Positions 9,577 through 20,005 of a stretch of 64,000 bases of DNA are shown in pieces. The notes beneath the pieces were generated by a model. That model was not told where the DNA came from. It saw nothing but the letters and a program-made list of their open reading frames with translations, and ran no database searches. Each line of letters opens with the position of its first letter. Positions within the stretch are counted from its first letter, which is position 1. The DNA comes from an uncultured Candidatus Poseidoniales archaeon. Lineage in GTDB: Archaea; Thermoplasmatota; Poseidoniia; Poseidoniales; CAYMED01. The position numbers were made by a program, and so were the translations under genes. The stretch is taken from assembly GCA_964389655.1 (NCBI GenBank), contig CAYMED010000004.1, forward strand, positions 1 through 64,000, in the 5' to 3' direction.

Positions 9577-11493
9577 ATGACTGGCCGAAAATTGACTGTA
9601 GTCGTACTAGCATTGATGATGGCCCCCTTGGCATTTGCTGTACCAGCACAAGCACAAGATGGGGCTTCTCCAAGCCATACATGGGGCGTTCAATATGAAT
9701 GGAAACATCTTTCAGAAGATGTTGAAGCACTCACTGGATTATCCATCCCCTCCCTCTTAGAGGATATTATGGAGTCTGCTGATGAAGCTAATATCGATAT
9801 GTCTGTTGGACAAGATTTTGACGGTACAACCTTCATGATTGTTGAACAATATGATACGGTATCAGGAGAGACAATCAAAGATGCAAGTGGGAATGATGTA
9901 ACCGTCGACATGCGAAGGACCGTTGTTTCAATGCGGCACGGACTTCGGTCTGATTTCCAATTGCAAGCGGAATGGGAAGATAATGATGCAAAATTCAATA
10001 TTACTGTAGATCAAGATACAGAATCCTTCCTTAAACTAGATGTGAATTTGAAAGAATATATTGATGCTGATTTCAAACTCGTTGGGGCGGATGCCGAAAT
10101 AGATGCCGCAGTCGAAGGAGAATGGGGCGCGCACATTTCAGGACCCGTTACAGGAGGTACAGATACAGTAGACCTCGATATGGGTGTAAATATGAATTTC
10201 AGTTGGATGGGATCCGATATGACATCGACTTGGAGAATGCCAACTTCATCGAATATCTACAATGAAATTTCGAGTGGGAACTATGATGCTATTGCATGGG
10301 GATGCACAAAGGGAAATGCGTCAAGTGATGTCGAGGATGGACCTATCAAAGCAATCTTTGTTGAAGATAATTGTGGGAAAGCAACCGGCGGCTACACCTC
10401 CACATTTGCTTTCGATGTATCCTTGGATGGGTTCCCAACTGAGGCGTTTGGAATGGATGCCGAAGATAATATTGATTTCAAAGTTGCTTCATCGAAAACA
10501 ATGACAAAAACATTTGAAATGGACTTAGACGATATGGAAATTCTTGGTGGTTGGGCTTTCAATAAGGCAGTAGATGATGAAGTGGAAGACGAAATTGGAT
10601 ATAATCCACCCATGGCTGATCAAACAATTGATGGGAAAGCTCTGCGACCCATGGTTGGTGTACCCGTTCCTGCAAGTTATGCACCAACAGTGATTCCTGC
10701 GCTTATTCAATCCATAACTGCTGATGAAGAGCTGTTTGAGGATCTCTTTGAAGAAATGGAAGATGTGGGTAGATCATTCGATGATGGTGGAGATATGTTT
10801 ACTTGTAATGATGGGTCTGAGATACCTCAAGAATACGTAAACGATGGGATGGATGATTGTCCAAATGGAGAAGATGAAGGCGTTTCTCAATCAGATGACG
10901 ATGATTCTGATGAGGGTGACTCACCTGCTGCCCGAATTGTTGAAAAATTCATGGATAGTGATTTTGGAGCAGACTTAGAAGAATTTGCTGATGAACTCGA
11001 AGAGAGACTAATAGAGAAAGAAGACACATTCGATCTTGCTTATGATGGCGTTTGGGCTAATGCACTATGGGATGATAATTCAAAACAAACCCTAGGCGTT
11101 CAAATTCTAGTTTCAAGTAACGGGGGAGAAACTTGGAACACCATGGTCGGTCCAGAATCAACACTGTACCCAGTTACCACTGGAGTAAAGGCTCATCTCG
11201 AGTACATTGATGGTGCGGAAACCGCTGAAAAAGCAGCGGCAGTTCAAGCTGTGAAAAGTGCCAAATCAATTGAAGATCTTGCACGTCCATTAATGCCCGT
11301 AATGGCAAATAAAGCAGGAGTTTCTGGAGGAACTACAACAACCACCAACACCACATCAGATGCATCTTCATCGACAGATGCATCTTCATCGACAGAAGCA
11401 GATGGGGGATTTGTGCCTGCGCCTTCGATCATGATGACAATTTCGATGATTGGTATCGCAGCGTTGTTACAATCCCGCCGACGGCGGGTCTGA
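9577..11493 (+). CDS. Acidic secreted surface protein with an LDL-receptor class A-like motif and a C-terminal sorting signal
   Basis: Signal peptide 'AVPAQAQ'; 'FTCNDGSEIPQEYVNDGMDDCPNGEDE'; T/S linker then 'GGFVPAPS'-TM-'RRRR'. Confidence 0.7.
   Translation: MTGRKLTVVVLALMMAPLAFAVPAQAQDGASPSHTWGVQYEWKHLSEDVEALTGLSIPSLLEDIMESADEANIDMSVGQDFDGTTFMIVEQYDTVSGETIKDASGNDVTVDMRRTVVSMRHGLRSDFQLQAEWEDNDAKFNITVDQDTESFLKLDVNLKEYIDADFKLVGADAEIDAAVEGEWGAHISGPVTGGTDTVDLDMGVNMNFSWMGSDMTSTWRMPTSSNIYNEISSGNYDAIAWGCTKGNASSDVEDGPIKAIFVEDNCGKATGGYTSTFAFDVSLDGFPTEAFGMDAEDNIDFKVASSKTMTKTFEMDLDDMEILGGWAFNKAVDDEVEDEIGYNPPMADQTIDGKALRPMVGVPVPASYAPTVIPALIQSITADEELFEDLFEEMEDVGRSFDDGGDMFTCNDGSEIPQEYVNDGMDDCPNGEDEGVSQSDDDDSDEGDSPAARIVEKFMDSDFGADLEEFADELEERLIEKEDTFDLAYDGVWANALWDDNSKQTLGVQILVSSNGGETWNTMVGPESTLYPVTTGVKAHLEYIDGAETAEKAAAVQAVKSAKSIEDLARPLMPVMANKAGVSGGTTTTTNTTSDASSSTDASSSTEADGGFVPAPSIMMTISMIGIAALLQSRRRRV
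11357..11396 (+). repeat. 18-bp tandem repeat (cagatgcatcttcatcga x2 plus partial)
   Basis: Exact duplication in the sequence; encodes DASSST x2 in the linker. Confidence 0.9.
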
Positions 11494-11494
11494 T

Positions 11495-12661
11495 GTGAAT
11501 AAGGCCAATACCATCAGACGACCTTCAAAATGGATACGCGCCATTTATCTGACCTGTTTAGTGACTGCGTTGCATGAAGTTTGGGCACACTGGAGTCTAG
11601 AATTAGATTATACTCAAGGTTCTCCTGCTGGGAGTTCTTTGCGAGGAGATATAGAAATTGATGCAAATGCTGAATCATATCACATTGAACTGGATGGGGC
11701 ACTTGAATTTCTTATCTATTCAGCAGAAAAATCAGTTCACTCCTCTTTCAGTAATGAAACAGAGGGGGAAATTGAAGACGTAGGTGAGAAGGCCAGGTCT
11801 TGGGGGAGAAGATGTGCTTTTCTCGGAGTGGGAATTGTAATTGTCTTAGCATTCAAAGAAAGGAGGGCCCCAATCTTTTCTTCAATGGGGTGGACTTTAG
11901 CAATCATTGGAATGACAATACTTACTCCAATGGGAATTATGCTAGATCTTGCTACATCTTCGCCTGAAGATGCAATAAAAGGGGAAGATAGTGAAGAAGA
12001 AATCCAAGGATTTGTACAGGGAAACCAAAGTTTTAGCCCATATTTTGGGATTGATGGAGTGGGGATCGAAATTAAAGAAAATGGGTGGGAACTCGCACTA
12101 ATGGATGAAGAAGTAAGAAAACTAGCAGAAAAAGAGGACCTGAACCGATGGAATGGTACACATGCTTTCATACTTGAAGCACCAAATGGTAGCACACAAA
12201 GATTTGAAATTCAACGTGATGATAAAATTAAATTCCACCTTAAAGATGTTGGAAATTGGACATTCTCCTCGGACAATTTTGAAATGATGGTTCCATGGAC
12301 ATTTCAGGTTATTGAGAATCCCCATAGGCGAAATGAAAGTTACGGTCTAGATTATTTCCTTGTTGTACGGGGATATGCGATGGGAATGCGTATTGATTCA
12401 GATACATCTGATGAAGATGCATTGCTGAAAAAATATGGCTGGCAGCCCGATCAACACCTACTACGAAGTATCTCAAATAATGACACAATTATTCTTGAAA
12501 ATGACGAAAGAAAGCCCGTTGCATATTCATTAAAGGCGATTATCCATCCACCTAAAGCACTTCAATGGTGGGCAATTGGAGCGGGATTAAGTTTGATTTC
12601 TTGGATTTTAGAAAGGAAGAAAGTTGGGGAAGAACTCAAAAAAGACCTCGGCTCAAAGTAA
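11495..12661 (+). CDS. Hypothetical multi-pass membrane protein
   Basis: Several TM segments; likely GTG start 11495 immediately after the upstream stop. Confidence 0.65.
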   Translation: MNKANTIRRPSKWIRAIYLTCLVTALHEVWAHWSLELDYTQGSPAGSSLRGDIEIDANAESYHIELDGALEFLIYSAEKSVHSSFSNETEGEIEDVGEKARSWGRRCAFLGVGIVIVLAFKERRAPIFSSMGWTLAIIGMTILTPMGIMLDLATSSPEDAIKGEDSEEEIQGFVQGNQSFSPYFGIDGVGIEIKENGWELALMDEEVRKLAEKEDLNRWNGTHAFILEAPNGSTQRFEIQRDDKIKFHLKDVGNWTFSSDNFEMMVPWTFQVIENPHRRNESYGLDYFLVVRGYAMGMRIDSDTSDEDALLKKYGWQPDQHLLRSISNNDTIILENDERKPVAYSLKAIIHPPKALQWWAIGAGLSLISWILERKKVGEELKKDLGSK

Positions 12662-12664
12662 TAC

Positions 12665-13057
12665 ATGGAAAGGCGCGTCTTCTTTGTTGCACTATTGATG
12701 GTTACACTTGCTGGATGTACGGGTGAAACTGAGAATGATGAAAAAATTACTGGTGATTCAGAAGTAGATTCAACTTCAAATTCTACGAATAACTCAACTA
12801 ATTCAATGATTGTCACCATTATCATTGAAGGAATGGAATTTACACCAACAAATATCGACATTTCAAATGGAACCACTGTTCGTTGGATCAATGAAGATTC
12901 AATGAGTCATACTGCTACTTCAGATGAAGGAAAGTTTGACTCTACTAGTTTAGAAAAAGGAGAAAGTTTTGAATTTACATTTGATGAAACTGGATCATAT
13001 CCTTACCATTGTAACTTCCATACAGGTATGAAAGGCACAATCACCGTAACGGCCTAA
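12665..13057 (+). CDS. Plastocyanin/halocyanin-like blue copper lipoprotein
   Basis: Lipobox 'TLAGC'; copper ligands in 'HTATS' and 'YHCNFHTGMKGTITV'. Confidence 0.9.
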   Translation: MERRVFFVALLMVTLAGCTGETENDEKITGDSEVDSTSNSTNNSTNSMIVTIIIEGMEFTPTNIDISNGTTVRWINEDSMSHTATSDEGKFDSTSLEKGESFEFTFDETGSYPYHCNFHTGMKGTITVTA

Positions 13058-13083
13058 TCTTCATCAAATAGGAGAAGGTCATT

Positions 13084-13611
13084 GTGGGGAATATCGTGCT
13101 TGGTGGGGGTTGTTTTTGGTGTTTAGAGGCAATTTTTGAACAAGTAAAGGGGGTACTCAAAGTTACACCTGGCTATGCTGGGGGGGAATGTGAAAAACCC
13201 ACCTACGAAATGGTGTGCTCAAAAAATACTGGTCATGCTGAAGTCGTAAATATTGATTACAATAAATCAATAATTAAAATGGATATGCTTCTCGAGATTT
13301 TTTTTGCTATCCATAATCCTACAACTATTAATCAGCAAGGAAATGATATTGGACCACAATATCGGTCAATTATTTTGACAAATTCTGAAAGTGAAATAGA
13401 ACTTTGCAAGAAGAAAATGAAAGAAATAGAGGAAGAAAATCTATGGGAAAATGAACTGGTTACTGAAGTTTTTTTATTGGAAAAGTTTTGGCCTGCTGAA
13501 GATTATCATTGGGGATATTTTAGGAAAAATCCCAATCAGGGATATTGTGCAGCCGTGGTGAATCCAAAATTATCAAAGTTTAGGAAACAATTCGCTGAAC
13601 TGATTTATTAA
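13084..13611 (+). CDS. msrA: Peptide-methionine (S)-S-oxide reductase
   Basis: 'GGGCFWCLE', 'GHAEVV', 'GNDIGPQYRS', 'AEDYHWGY'. Confidence 0.95.
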   Translation: MGNIVLGGGCFWCLEAIFEQVKGVLKVTPGYAGGECEKPTYEMVCSKNTGHAEVVNIDYNKSIIKMDMLLEIFFAIHNPTTINQQGNDIGPQYRSIILTNSESEIELCKKKMKEIEEENLWENELVTEVFLLEKFWPAEDYHWGYFRKNPNQGYCAAVVNPKLSKFRKQFAELIY

Positions 13612-14939
13612 TCAGAGTCAAAAATTTGATTCAAAATCCAATCTGCATCGAAGACTTTCAGATCATCGTATTCTTGCCCTGTACCAATCAAAACAATAGG
13701 GCGGCCGGTTGCGTGCGCGATTGACAAAGAAGCTCCCCCTTTAGCGTCTGTATCAAGCTTTGAGAGCACACATCCATCAAATGCTAGCATGCGTTGGAAT
13801 TCAACTGCTTGTTCAACTGCATCGTTTCCTGCCAATGCATCGCCAACAAAGAGGACGAGATGAGGAGAAGAAACGCGGTGCACTTTCCGAAGTTCTTCCA
13901 TGAGGTTTGATTTATTTTGCATCCGACCAGCAGTATCAATTAGAACAACATCCATTCGTCGCGCTCGAGCGTGCTCAATTGCATCTCTTGCGATTGCGGC
14001 AGGGTCCCCGCCACGTTGACTTGAGACACAACGAATATCAAGTCGGTCAGCGTGACTTTGCAATTGGTCGATTGCCCCTGCACGAAAAGTATCTCCTGCG
14101 GCCAACACAACTCTCTTCCCTTGAGACTTCAGGGCATGAGCAATTTTGGCGGTAGTTGTTGTTTTCCCAGTACCATTTACACCAACCAACATAATCGAAA
14201 CTGGCGTATCTCCTTCAGCAAGAAGTGAATCTACTGTTGAAAAGAAATCCCAGGAAGATGATGTCAAAAGAGAACGAAGAGAACGAATGACTGATGCTTC
14301 GATTACTCGGCTAAGATCGGCTCCTTTTCGAAGGCGCCTACCAATTAATTCACTTCGAATCAAATCAGTGAGTGCCTCGGTTGCTCGTTGACTCATATCT
14401 GCTTCTAAAAGAATTGTTTCAATTTCCTCCAATAATTCATCAAGGGCTTTTCCGTTTTTGATAATGCGCCCGCCAGATTCGACAATTCCTCCGCCCAAAT
14501 CAACTTCCATCGTTGAGCCAGATTCAGACAAAAATTCTCGTTGTATAGTTGATCCACGAGGACTTGAAGAAACATCAACTAATTTTCTGCCAGTTGTTGA
14601 GCGTTGTACGCGCAAATGGATGGCGGATCCTTCTGGAATTATTTCTGATGATTCGAGAGGTTTCTTGATTTCCTTAGCCAAACGGCGCTTTTCTTTACGA
14701 GTTAATTGGCGGGGGGGAGAAATTTCTTCGTCATCCCAATCATCCCATTCTTCATCTGCCAAAGGAATCGGGCTAGGTTGGTTTATTGGAAGTTTAATCT
14801 CAGTCTTGCGCCGCATTTCCTGACCCAAGCGAACGGCTTCCTTTGCATCTTCACTTCCTTCATCAGTTGATATTTCGGAAACTTCGGCATCAGCAGCAGC
14901 CTCGCGAACTCGGCGGCGGAAGCGGTCAAAAAGGCCCAT
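13608..14939 (-). CDS. ftsY: Signal recognition particle receptor FtsY
   Basis: 'GVNGTGKTTT', 'DTFRAGA', 'DTAGR', 'KLDTDAKGG', 'GTGQEYDDL'. Confidence 0.97.
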   Translation of the reverse strand: MGLFDRFRRRVREAAADAEVSEISTDEGSEDAKEAVRLGQEMRRKTEIKLPINQPSPIPLADEEWDDWDDEEISPPRQLTRKEKRRLAKEIKKPLESSEIIPEGSAIHLRVQRSTTGRKLVDVSSSPRGSTIQREFLSESGSTMEVDLGGGIVESGGRIIKNGKALDELLEEIETILLEADMSQRATEALTDLIRSELIGRRLRKGADLSRVIEASVIRSLRSLLTSSSWDFFSTVDSLLAEGDTPVSIMLVGVNGTGKTTTTAKIAHALKSQGKRVVLAAGDTFRAGAIDQLQSHADRLDIRCVSSQRGGDPAAIARDAIEHARARRMDVVLIDTAGRMQNKSNLMEELRKVHRVSSPHLVLFVGDALAGNDAVEQAVEFQRMLAFDGCVLSKLDTDAKGGASLSIAHATGRPIVLIGTGQEYDDLKVFDADWILNQIFDSD

Positions 14940-14948
14940 TCTTTCACT

Positions 14949-15476
14949 TCAGTCATCAAGAGTTAATCCCCCCCCAAATGATCGCCTCGACGATCTAATT
15001 GGTGGGTTTAAATTGTCCAAATCTAATCCTTTTTCTTTTCCATTCAAATCCACAGATTCATCTGTTTTTTCAATAGTCTTCGTAGTTTCTTCAAATTGAA
15101 GAGCAAACTTTCTGAGAGCGACTTCTGTTCGGTTGATTTCCTCATCGAGTTGATTAAGAAGATCGTCTAAATCTTTTATTCGAAGTTTGAGTAAATCTGC
15201 TGCGCGGGGAAAGGGCATCTGAGCATGAATTCCACTCCCCACATCAAGCAGCGTTGAACTGCTGGAATCCAATTGAACGCGCAGTGTTGCGCCAGCTCCA
15301 ATCGGAATAAGGGCTGCTTCTTCTTTACCTGAAAATGAAAGAAGCGCACGAATAGTATCTGTATGCTCATCGTGTACTGTCTTTACTCGAGACCTTTGGG
15401 ATTGCAATTCGGTCATCCTATCGCGGTTTAATTCGATAAGTTTCGCAAGGTTTTGTAGTTCATCGCTAGAGGACAT
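14949..15476 (-). CDS. pfdA: Prefoldin subunit alpha
   Basis: Coiled coil, 'LIPIGAG...LLDVGSG' hairpins, coiled coil; conserved archaeal order rpl18a-pfdA-ftsY; start ATG 15476. Confidence 0.85.
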   Translation of the reverse strand: MSSSDELQNLAKLIELNRDRMTELQSQRSRVKTVHDEHTDTIRALLSFSGKEEAALIPIGAGATLRVQLDSSSSTLLDVGSGIHAQMPFPRAADLLKLRIKDLDDLLNQLDEEINRTEVALRKFALQFEETTKTIEKTDESVDLNGKEKGLDLDNLNPPIRSSRRSFGGGLTLDD

Positions 15477-15483
15477 TCGGGCT

Positions 15484-15720
15484 TCACCCGGTAGAGTGAG
15501 ATTTGAAATGATGCTGCACTGAAGGATCTGAAGATTCTGTCGGGTCAATTGATTGGGAAGAATCAATAGAAATTTGACGGCGAGAAACGCGGTGCCGGCT
15601 GCCGAGGAGGGATTTTACTTTCTCAAGGGCACCATCTTCATCCGCAGCTACAACATCAATAGAGAAGGGTTGCTGAGCACGCCCGCTTGAGAAGGCCCCA
15701 GCTATTCGCCATGCTTTCAT
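15484..15720 (-). CDS. rpl18a: 50S ribosomal protein L18Ae (LX)
   Basis: 'MKAWRIAG.F...ALEKVKSLLGSRHRVSRRQISI'; synteny with pfdA-ftsY. Confidence 0.9.
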   Translation of the reverse strand: MKAWRIAGAFSSGRAQQPFSIDVVAADEDGALEKVKSLLGSRHRVSRRQISIDSSQSIDPTESSDPSVQHHFKSHSTG

Positions 15721-15780
15721 GTATGCACCCACAAACGAGGCCCCCTTAAACGCGCCGCGGGGAAGACAGGTTCAATCGTA

Positions 15781-18700
15781 ATGCTAGATCTCGAAGGGTT
15801 AGTGAACAATAGAATCGGACTGAGCATGGCCCTTGTTATGCTATTTCATTTACTAGCACCGGTAATAGCTAATGAAAGCAATTTAGCGGAAGAATATTCT
15901 GAAAATTATGGCTTTGGGATTGAAGTAATTGTGGAAGCAAATGATTCAAGCGAGATTCAAGAAAAAGGAATGATACCTTTGCGATATCTTGGAAATGGGG
16001 AATGGAACGCGTGGATGTCATTTGGAGAAGATAAAGGGGTGCGAAAAGCACCGGATGCGGAAATTCGAGATACGGAAGTTATACAAAACGAAAATCTACC
16101 AATACGGGTTGTTCTTGAGCCGAATTTACCACCACATATTGCTAAAGAACGAGTCGAAATAATCTCACAAAGATTGGGTTTTCAGTGGGAGGAAATAGAT
16201 GATATCGAAGGAAGAGAAGGTGAAGATGAGAAAATTTATGCATCGATTCCCCCTGATGGATCTGCAAGAATTGGTGTTATTCAAATTCCAGCAATGGGAG
16301 ATCAAGCAATCGTTTTTGTTCAAGAATTTGCGAGTATTCAAGGCGTATTATGGATAGAACCGGACTTGCCTGCACATTCACGAAATTCAGCTGCGGCAGC
16401 ACAACTTGCAGAAGGGATGGAAAATATTCAACCCTCGGCTGCATGGGAATGGGGATTAAACGGGTCGGGTATTATTTTGGCATCTGCTGACACTGGAATA
16501 GATCGTGATCACGCTTGCTTTAGACAAGGAGTTGAAGATCCAAATGATGCTGGAAACATGACAGGGGTTCCTGGAGAAAATCACCGGAAAATCCTCATTC
16601 TCAATGAAACAATTGACGATTGGGATGATCCAGGGCCAGACCACAGACATGGAACCCACACTGCGGGATCACTTGCTTGTTGGCCGATTGATGAAATGCA
16701 AGCAATGGAGCGAGGTGAAGTTGGAGGATCTTATCCTTCAGCGATAACTGCTGCAAGTCATGCTGCTAAACTTGTAATTCAAGATATTGTACTAGACTCG
16801 TGGGCTCCACCTGAAATTGACAGGATTTTGGTAGAGGGAGGGTTAGGTGGGGCCGTAATTCATTCTGAATCGTGGGGTGATGATACAACAGCATATTCTC
16901 AACGGAGTGCTGATTTGGACTCTTGGCTAAGGGAGCATCCTTGGTCAATTGCAGTTATAGCGCCTGGAAATCAAGGTTCTACTGTTTTAGAACCTGCTAA
17001 TGCAAGAAATATACTCTCTATTGGGGCTGCAAACAGAAATAATGACCTCTATTCGTGGTCAAACATAGGGCCCACTGCCGATGGAGAAATTGGAATTCAT
17101 TTAGTCGCCCCAGGAATGGGCATAAAATCTGCACAAGGGGATGGAGACCACACCTCGTTTAATGGAGGAGAAAGAACCAGTACTGGAACTTCAATGGCTG
17201 CTCCAGTGACTGCTTCAACTCTAGGGCTCTTACAACAAATGGTTGAGCAAGGTTGGTTGATTGATGATGAAATACCAAATCAAAACGTCGAAGTTTCCTC
17301 ATTGCGCCCTATTTGGGCTACTGGTTCAAGCAAAGGGGGGGAATTATTGCTTGGTAAGGGTTTCACGCCCAGTGGGTCTTTGATTAGGGCGTTAGCAACA
17401 GCATCTGCAGATTCACTTGAGGGAGGGAATCATGGTTCAAATCAAATTGGACATATAATTGATGAGCGTCAAGGTTGGGGGAGAATTAATCTCTCAAAAA
17501 TCATAGATTGGGACGAATTAGACGGGAAATTAGTTGATTCTGATTCTTCTTTAATTCCTGCGCCGGGGGTTTGGATTCATGATTCATACCGGATCAAATC
17601 TAATTCAAGTCCAAAAGATCTTTTGGCAAATCGAATGGAACAGGGGTCGGGTTCAAGGCCGTTAGATCGCATAACCACAGCCCCCTTAGACCCATCGGGT
17701 TTAGATGGTCCATTTCTTACTAATGGGAAAGAAGTTTCATGGAGTTTAGTGCCAGATTATGATACACTAAATCGTACTGGCGAATTGATTATTCAATTGG
17801 CCTGGCCAGATAGACCTAGATTTTCATCCGCTCATGATGACCTTGATTTATGTGTGTCATTGGACGACCAATGGCACACATGCGGGAATTTACTGAACAA
17901 TGGAAAATCAATCATGGATTCATCGTTAAATGATTCAAGAGCAAGAGGGGATATTTTATCTTCGATTGAAGGCATCAGAATTCCGGCAGTAGATATACAA
18001 GGAATTAATCGGATCATTGTACGAGTACTTGCAGATGATATTGGAACAGGGAATAAAACTGGAACCCTAGGCATCAATGGAGATAAAATTGGATTTTCAT
18101 TAGTTACAATTGGTGCAAGACCGGCACAAATGAGAGGGGAATGGAATCAATGGCCAAATTGGTCTCGCGGAACTCTGAACCAGATGGGCACATCTTCTTT
18201 TGAAAATTTAGGAGGGGATGTAACAATCAACTGGAGGGAAAATGAGGGAAACGTTGAAATTAATGTAGAAGAAGGAATGGGTGTTAATGCAATCAATGGG
18301 CGAGAAAACAGAACTGGTGCTGTCATACCAATTACACGTATAGTAAATATTTCAGATGTTTCTCGTATTGTTTTAGGAATAGAAGAAATAACTAATGATT
18401 CTCCATGGGAATTCGGAAATAATCCAGTATTAGCAGAGATTGTAAAATGCAGTGCTGGAATTCTTGGATGCACCTCAAACGGAACTGATGTAACTAATCT
18501 TGATGAGAATTCTATGCTTTCGATTTCTTGGCCTGTTGAATTTTCGGGACAAGCAATTATTGATGTATCAGTAATTTGGAATAATGGAAGCAATCTAAAT
18601 GCTCTAATTAGCACTATAATTGCACGGAACTGGGATGGAAAATTATCAACAATAGAAGTCTCAAATATTCTAGATTGGAATTGGTATCCCGATGATGCAT

Positions 18701-19890
18701 TAGGAAATGAACCTACTATAGAAATGCAAAATGGTGGTGCAAAATTCAACTTAGAGGGCGTAAAAGGGAGTGGGAGGTTGGTTATTTCCATGCCACTAGA
18801 TGTGAATTCAAGCACCATCGCGCAATGGACATGGGTGGAAGGTGGTTCTACCCCTCCTGATCCACACCATGATTCTGCTAGGCAGCTAAGGTGCTTCGAA
18901 GTAGAACCACTTATGGAAAATGGACCTACAAAAAATGTTACTGATAGAGATCATGGGTGGTCACACCCTGGTTTACATGATTGTGAAGGCATTCGTGTTA
19001 TCTTTGATATGGTCTGGAAAAACAAATCCGATCTTATCCAGAGTGTCGGAAAACCTTGGAATGATTTGGCTGGAAATTCCGATGGGGCCATTCGAGGACT
19101 TATCATTGGAACTTGGACCCCTGATCTCTCTCAAATGCCGTGGGAAATTTCCTCTAACAATGGACCAGAGGAAGTAACTTGTTCTATGATCGTTGCTGGA
19201 ATGTCAATGTCCTGCCAAGAAAAATTAAATTTAGAAGTTGGTGGAGAAGTTATTATTCTTCATTCATGGGTAGAAGGAAATGAAATTAGGAGCACTGCAT
19301 TACCACTTATTTCTCCTTTGATAAACATTTTAGATTCATCTTCAATTTGGATTTCAATTAATTTAACATCATCATTAATTCAACTTGATGGGCCCGACAT
19401 ACCATTACCTTTGATATTCGAAACAACGCCAAAAAAAGATCAAAAAATAATCGAATTAGATATTTTTTGGCCTGATAGGTGGCCAATTAAAATTGAAAAA
19501 TTAGAATGTGATGATTTACGAATCTTGCTCCCCGATATAGCCGAAATTTATGGAAATGGAACAAATATGGTTATTCGACCAAACAGTTCATGGAAATGGA
19601 CTATATCGAATAATGAAATTTTAGGGGAAAATAATGAAAGCCACATTCGAGCCCCATTAATTTCTGCTGGACGGGTTCTTGCCCCTGACTCGTGTTTAGA
19701 TGAAATTGTTGAAGATCATTCTTCATCAAATAATTCCACGGACGATTCTCGTGATGTCTCGGCAAATCAATTTAGTGAGTTAGGAGAGGGATTACGCGTA
19801 CCAATAATCATTGCTTGGGTGGGCATCTCTTCAATCATGCTTGGAATGATAATTCGAACAAAAATAAACAAAAAAAAAGTAAAAAAATAA
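15781..19890 (+). CDS. Large membrane-anchored S8 (subtilisin-like) serine peptidase
   Basis: Triad 'ADTGID', 'HGTHTAG', 'GTSMAAP'; oxyanion 'APGN'; signal peptide and C-terminal TM plus Lys tail; start possibly GTG 15802. Confidence 0.9.
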   Translation: MLDLEGLVNNRIGLSMALVMLFHLLAPVIANESNLAEEYSENYGFGIEVIVEANDSSEIQEKGMIPLRYLGNGEWNAWMSFGEDKGVRKAPDAEIRDTEVIQNENLPIRVVLEPNLPPHIAKERVEIISQRLGFQWEEIDDIEGREGEDEKIYASIPPDGSARIGVIQIPAMGDQAIVFVQEFASIQGVLWIEPDLPAHSRNSAAAAQLAEGMENIQPSAAWEWGLNGSGIILASADTGIDRDHACFRQGVEDPNDAGNMTGVPGENHRKILILNETIDDWDDPGPDHRHGTHTAGSLACWPIDEMQAMERGEVGGSYPSAITAASHAAKLVIQDIVLDSWAPPEIDRILVEGGLGGAVIHSESWGDDTTAYSQRSADLDSWLREHPWSIAVIAPGNQGSTVLEPANARNILSIGAANRNNDLYSWSNIGPTADGEIGIHLVAPGMGIKSAQGDGDHTSFNGGERTSTGTSMAAPVTASTLGLLQQMVEQGWLIDDEIPNQNVEVSSLRPIWATGSSKGGELLLGKGFTPSGSLIRALATASADSLEGGNHGSNQIGHIIDERQGWGRINLSKIIDWDELDGKLVDSDSSLIPAPGVWIHDSYRIKSNSSPKDLLANRMEQGSGSRPLDRITTAPLDPSGLDGPFLTNGKEVSWSLVPDYDTLNRTGELIIQLAWPDRPRFSSAHDDLDLCVSLDDQWHTCGNLLNNGKSIMDSSLNDSRARGDILSSIEGIRIPAVDIQGINRIIVRVLADDIGTGNKTGTLGINGDKIGFSLVTIGARPAQMRGEWNQWPNWSRGTLNQMGTSSFENLGGDVTINWRENEGNVEINVEEGMGVNAINGRENRTGAVIPITRIVNISDVSRIVLGIEEITNDSPWEFGNNPVLAEIVKCSAGILGCTSNGTDVTNLDENSMLSISWPVEFSGQAIIDVSVIWNNGSNLNALISTIIARNWDGKLSTIEVSNILDWNWYPDDALGNEPTIEMQNGGAKFNLEGVKGSGRLVISMPLDVNSSTIAQWTWVEGGSTPPDPHHDSARQLRCFEVEPLMENGPTKNVTDRDHGWSHPGLHDCEGIRVIFDMVWKNKSDLIQSVGKPWNDLAGNSDGAIRGLIIGTWTPDLSQMPWEISSNNGPEEVTCSMIVAGMSMSCQEKLNLEVGGEVIILHSWVEGNEIRSTALPLISPLINILDSSSIWISINLTSSLIQLDGPDIPLPLIFETTPKKDQKIIELDIFWPDRWPIKIEKLECDDLRILLPDIAEIYGNGTNMVIRPNSSWKWTISNNEILGENNESHIRAPLISAGRVLAPDSCLDEIVEDHSSSNNSTDDSRDVSANQFSELGEGLRVPIIIAWVGISSIMLGMIIRTKINKKKVKK

Positions 19891-20005
19891 GAGACTGAGT
19901 CCCATATTTCTTGCTACAATATATTTTTCACTAAAAAAAAAAGAAGAACTAATTCGCCCATAATATCAAAACCTCGACTTCACTCCCTCTATTGAAGGTG
20001 AAAGA

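Noticed and set aside
18147-18818. 223-aa antisense ORF and the many other 60-150 aa overlapping ORFs in the track
   Set aside because: They lie antisense to or out of frame within well-supported genes and show no motifs; treated as shadow ORFs.
19891-20005. parC-like iterons upstream of the actin gene
   Set aside because: Only a poly-A run and an SD-like motif are visible, with no direct-repeat array, so a ParMRC-type centromere is not supported here.
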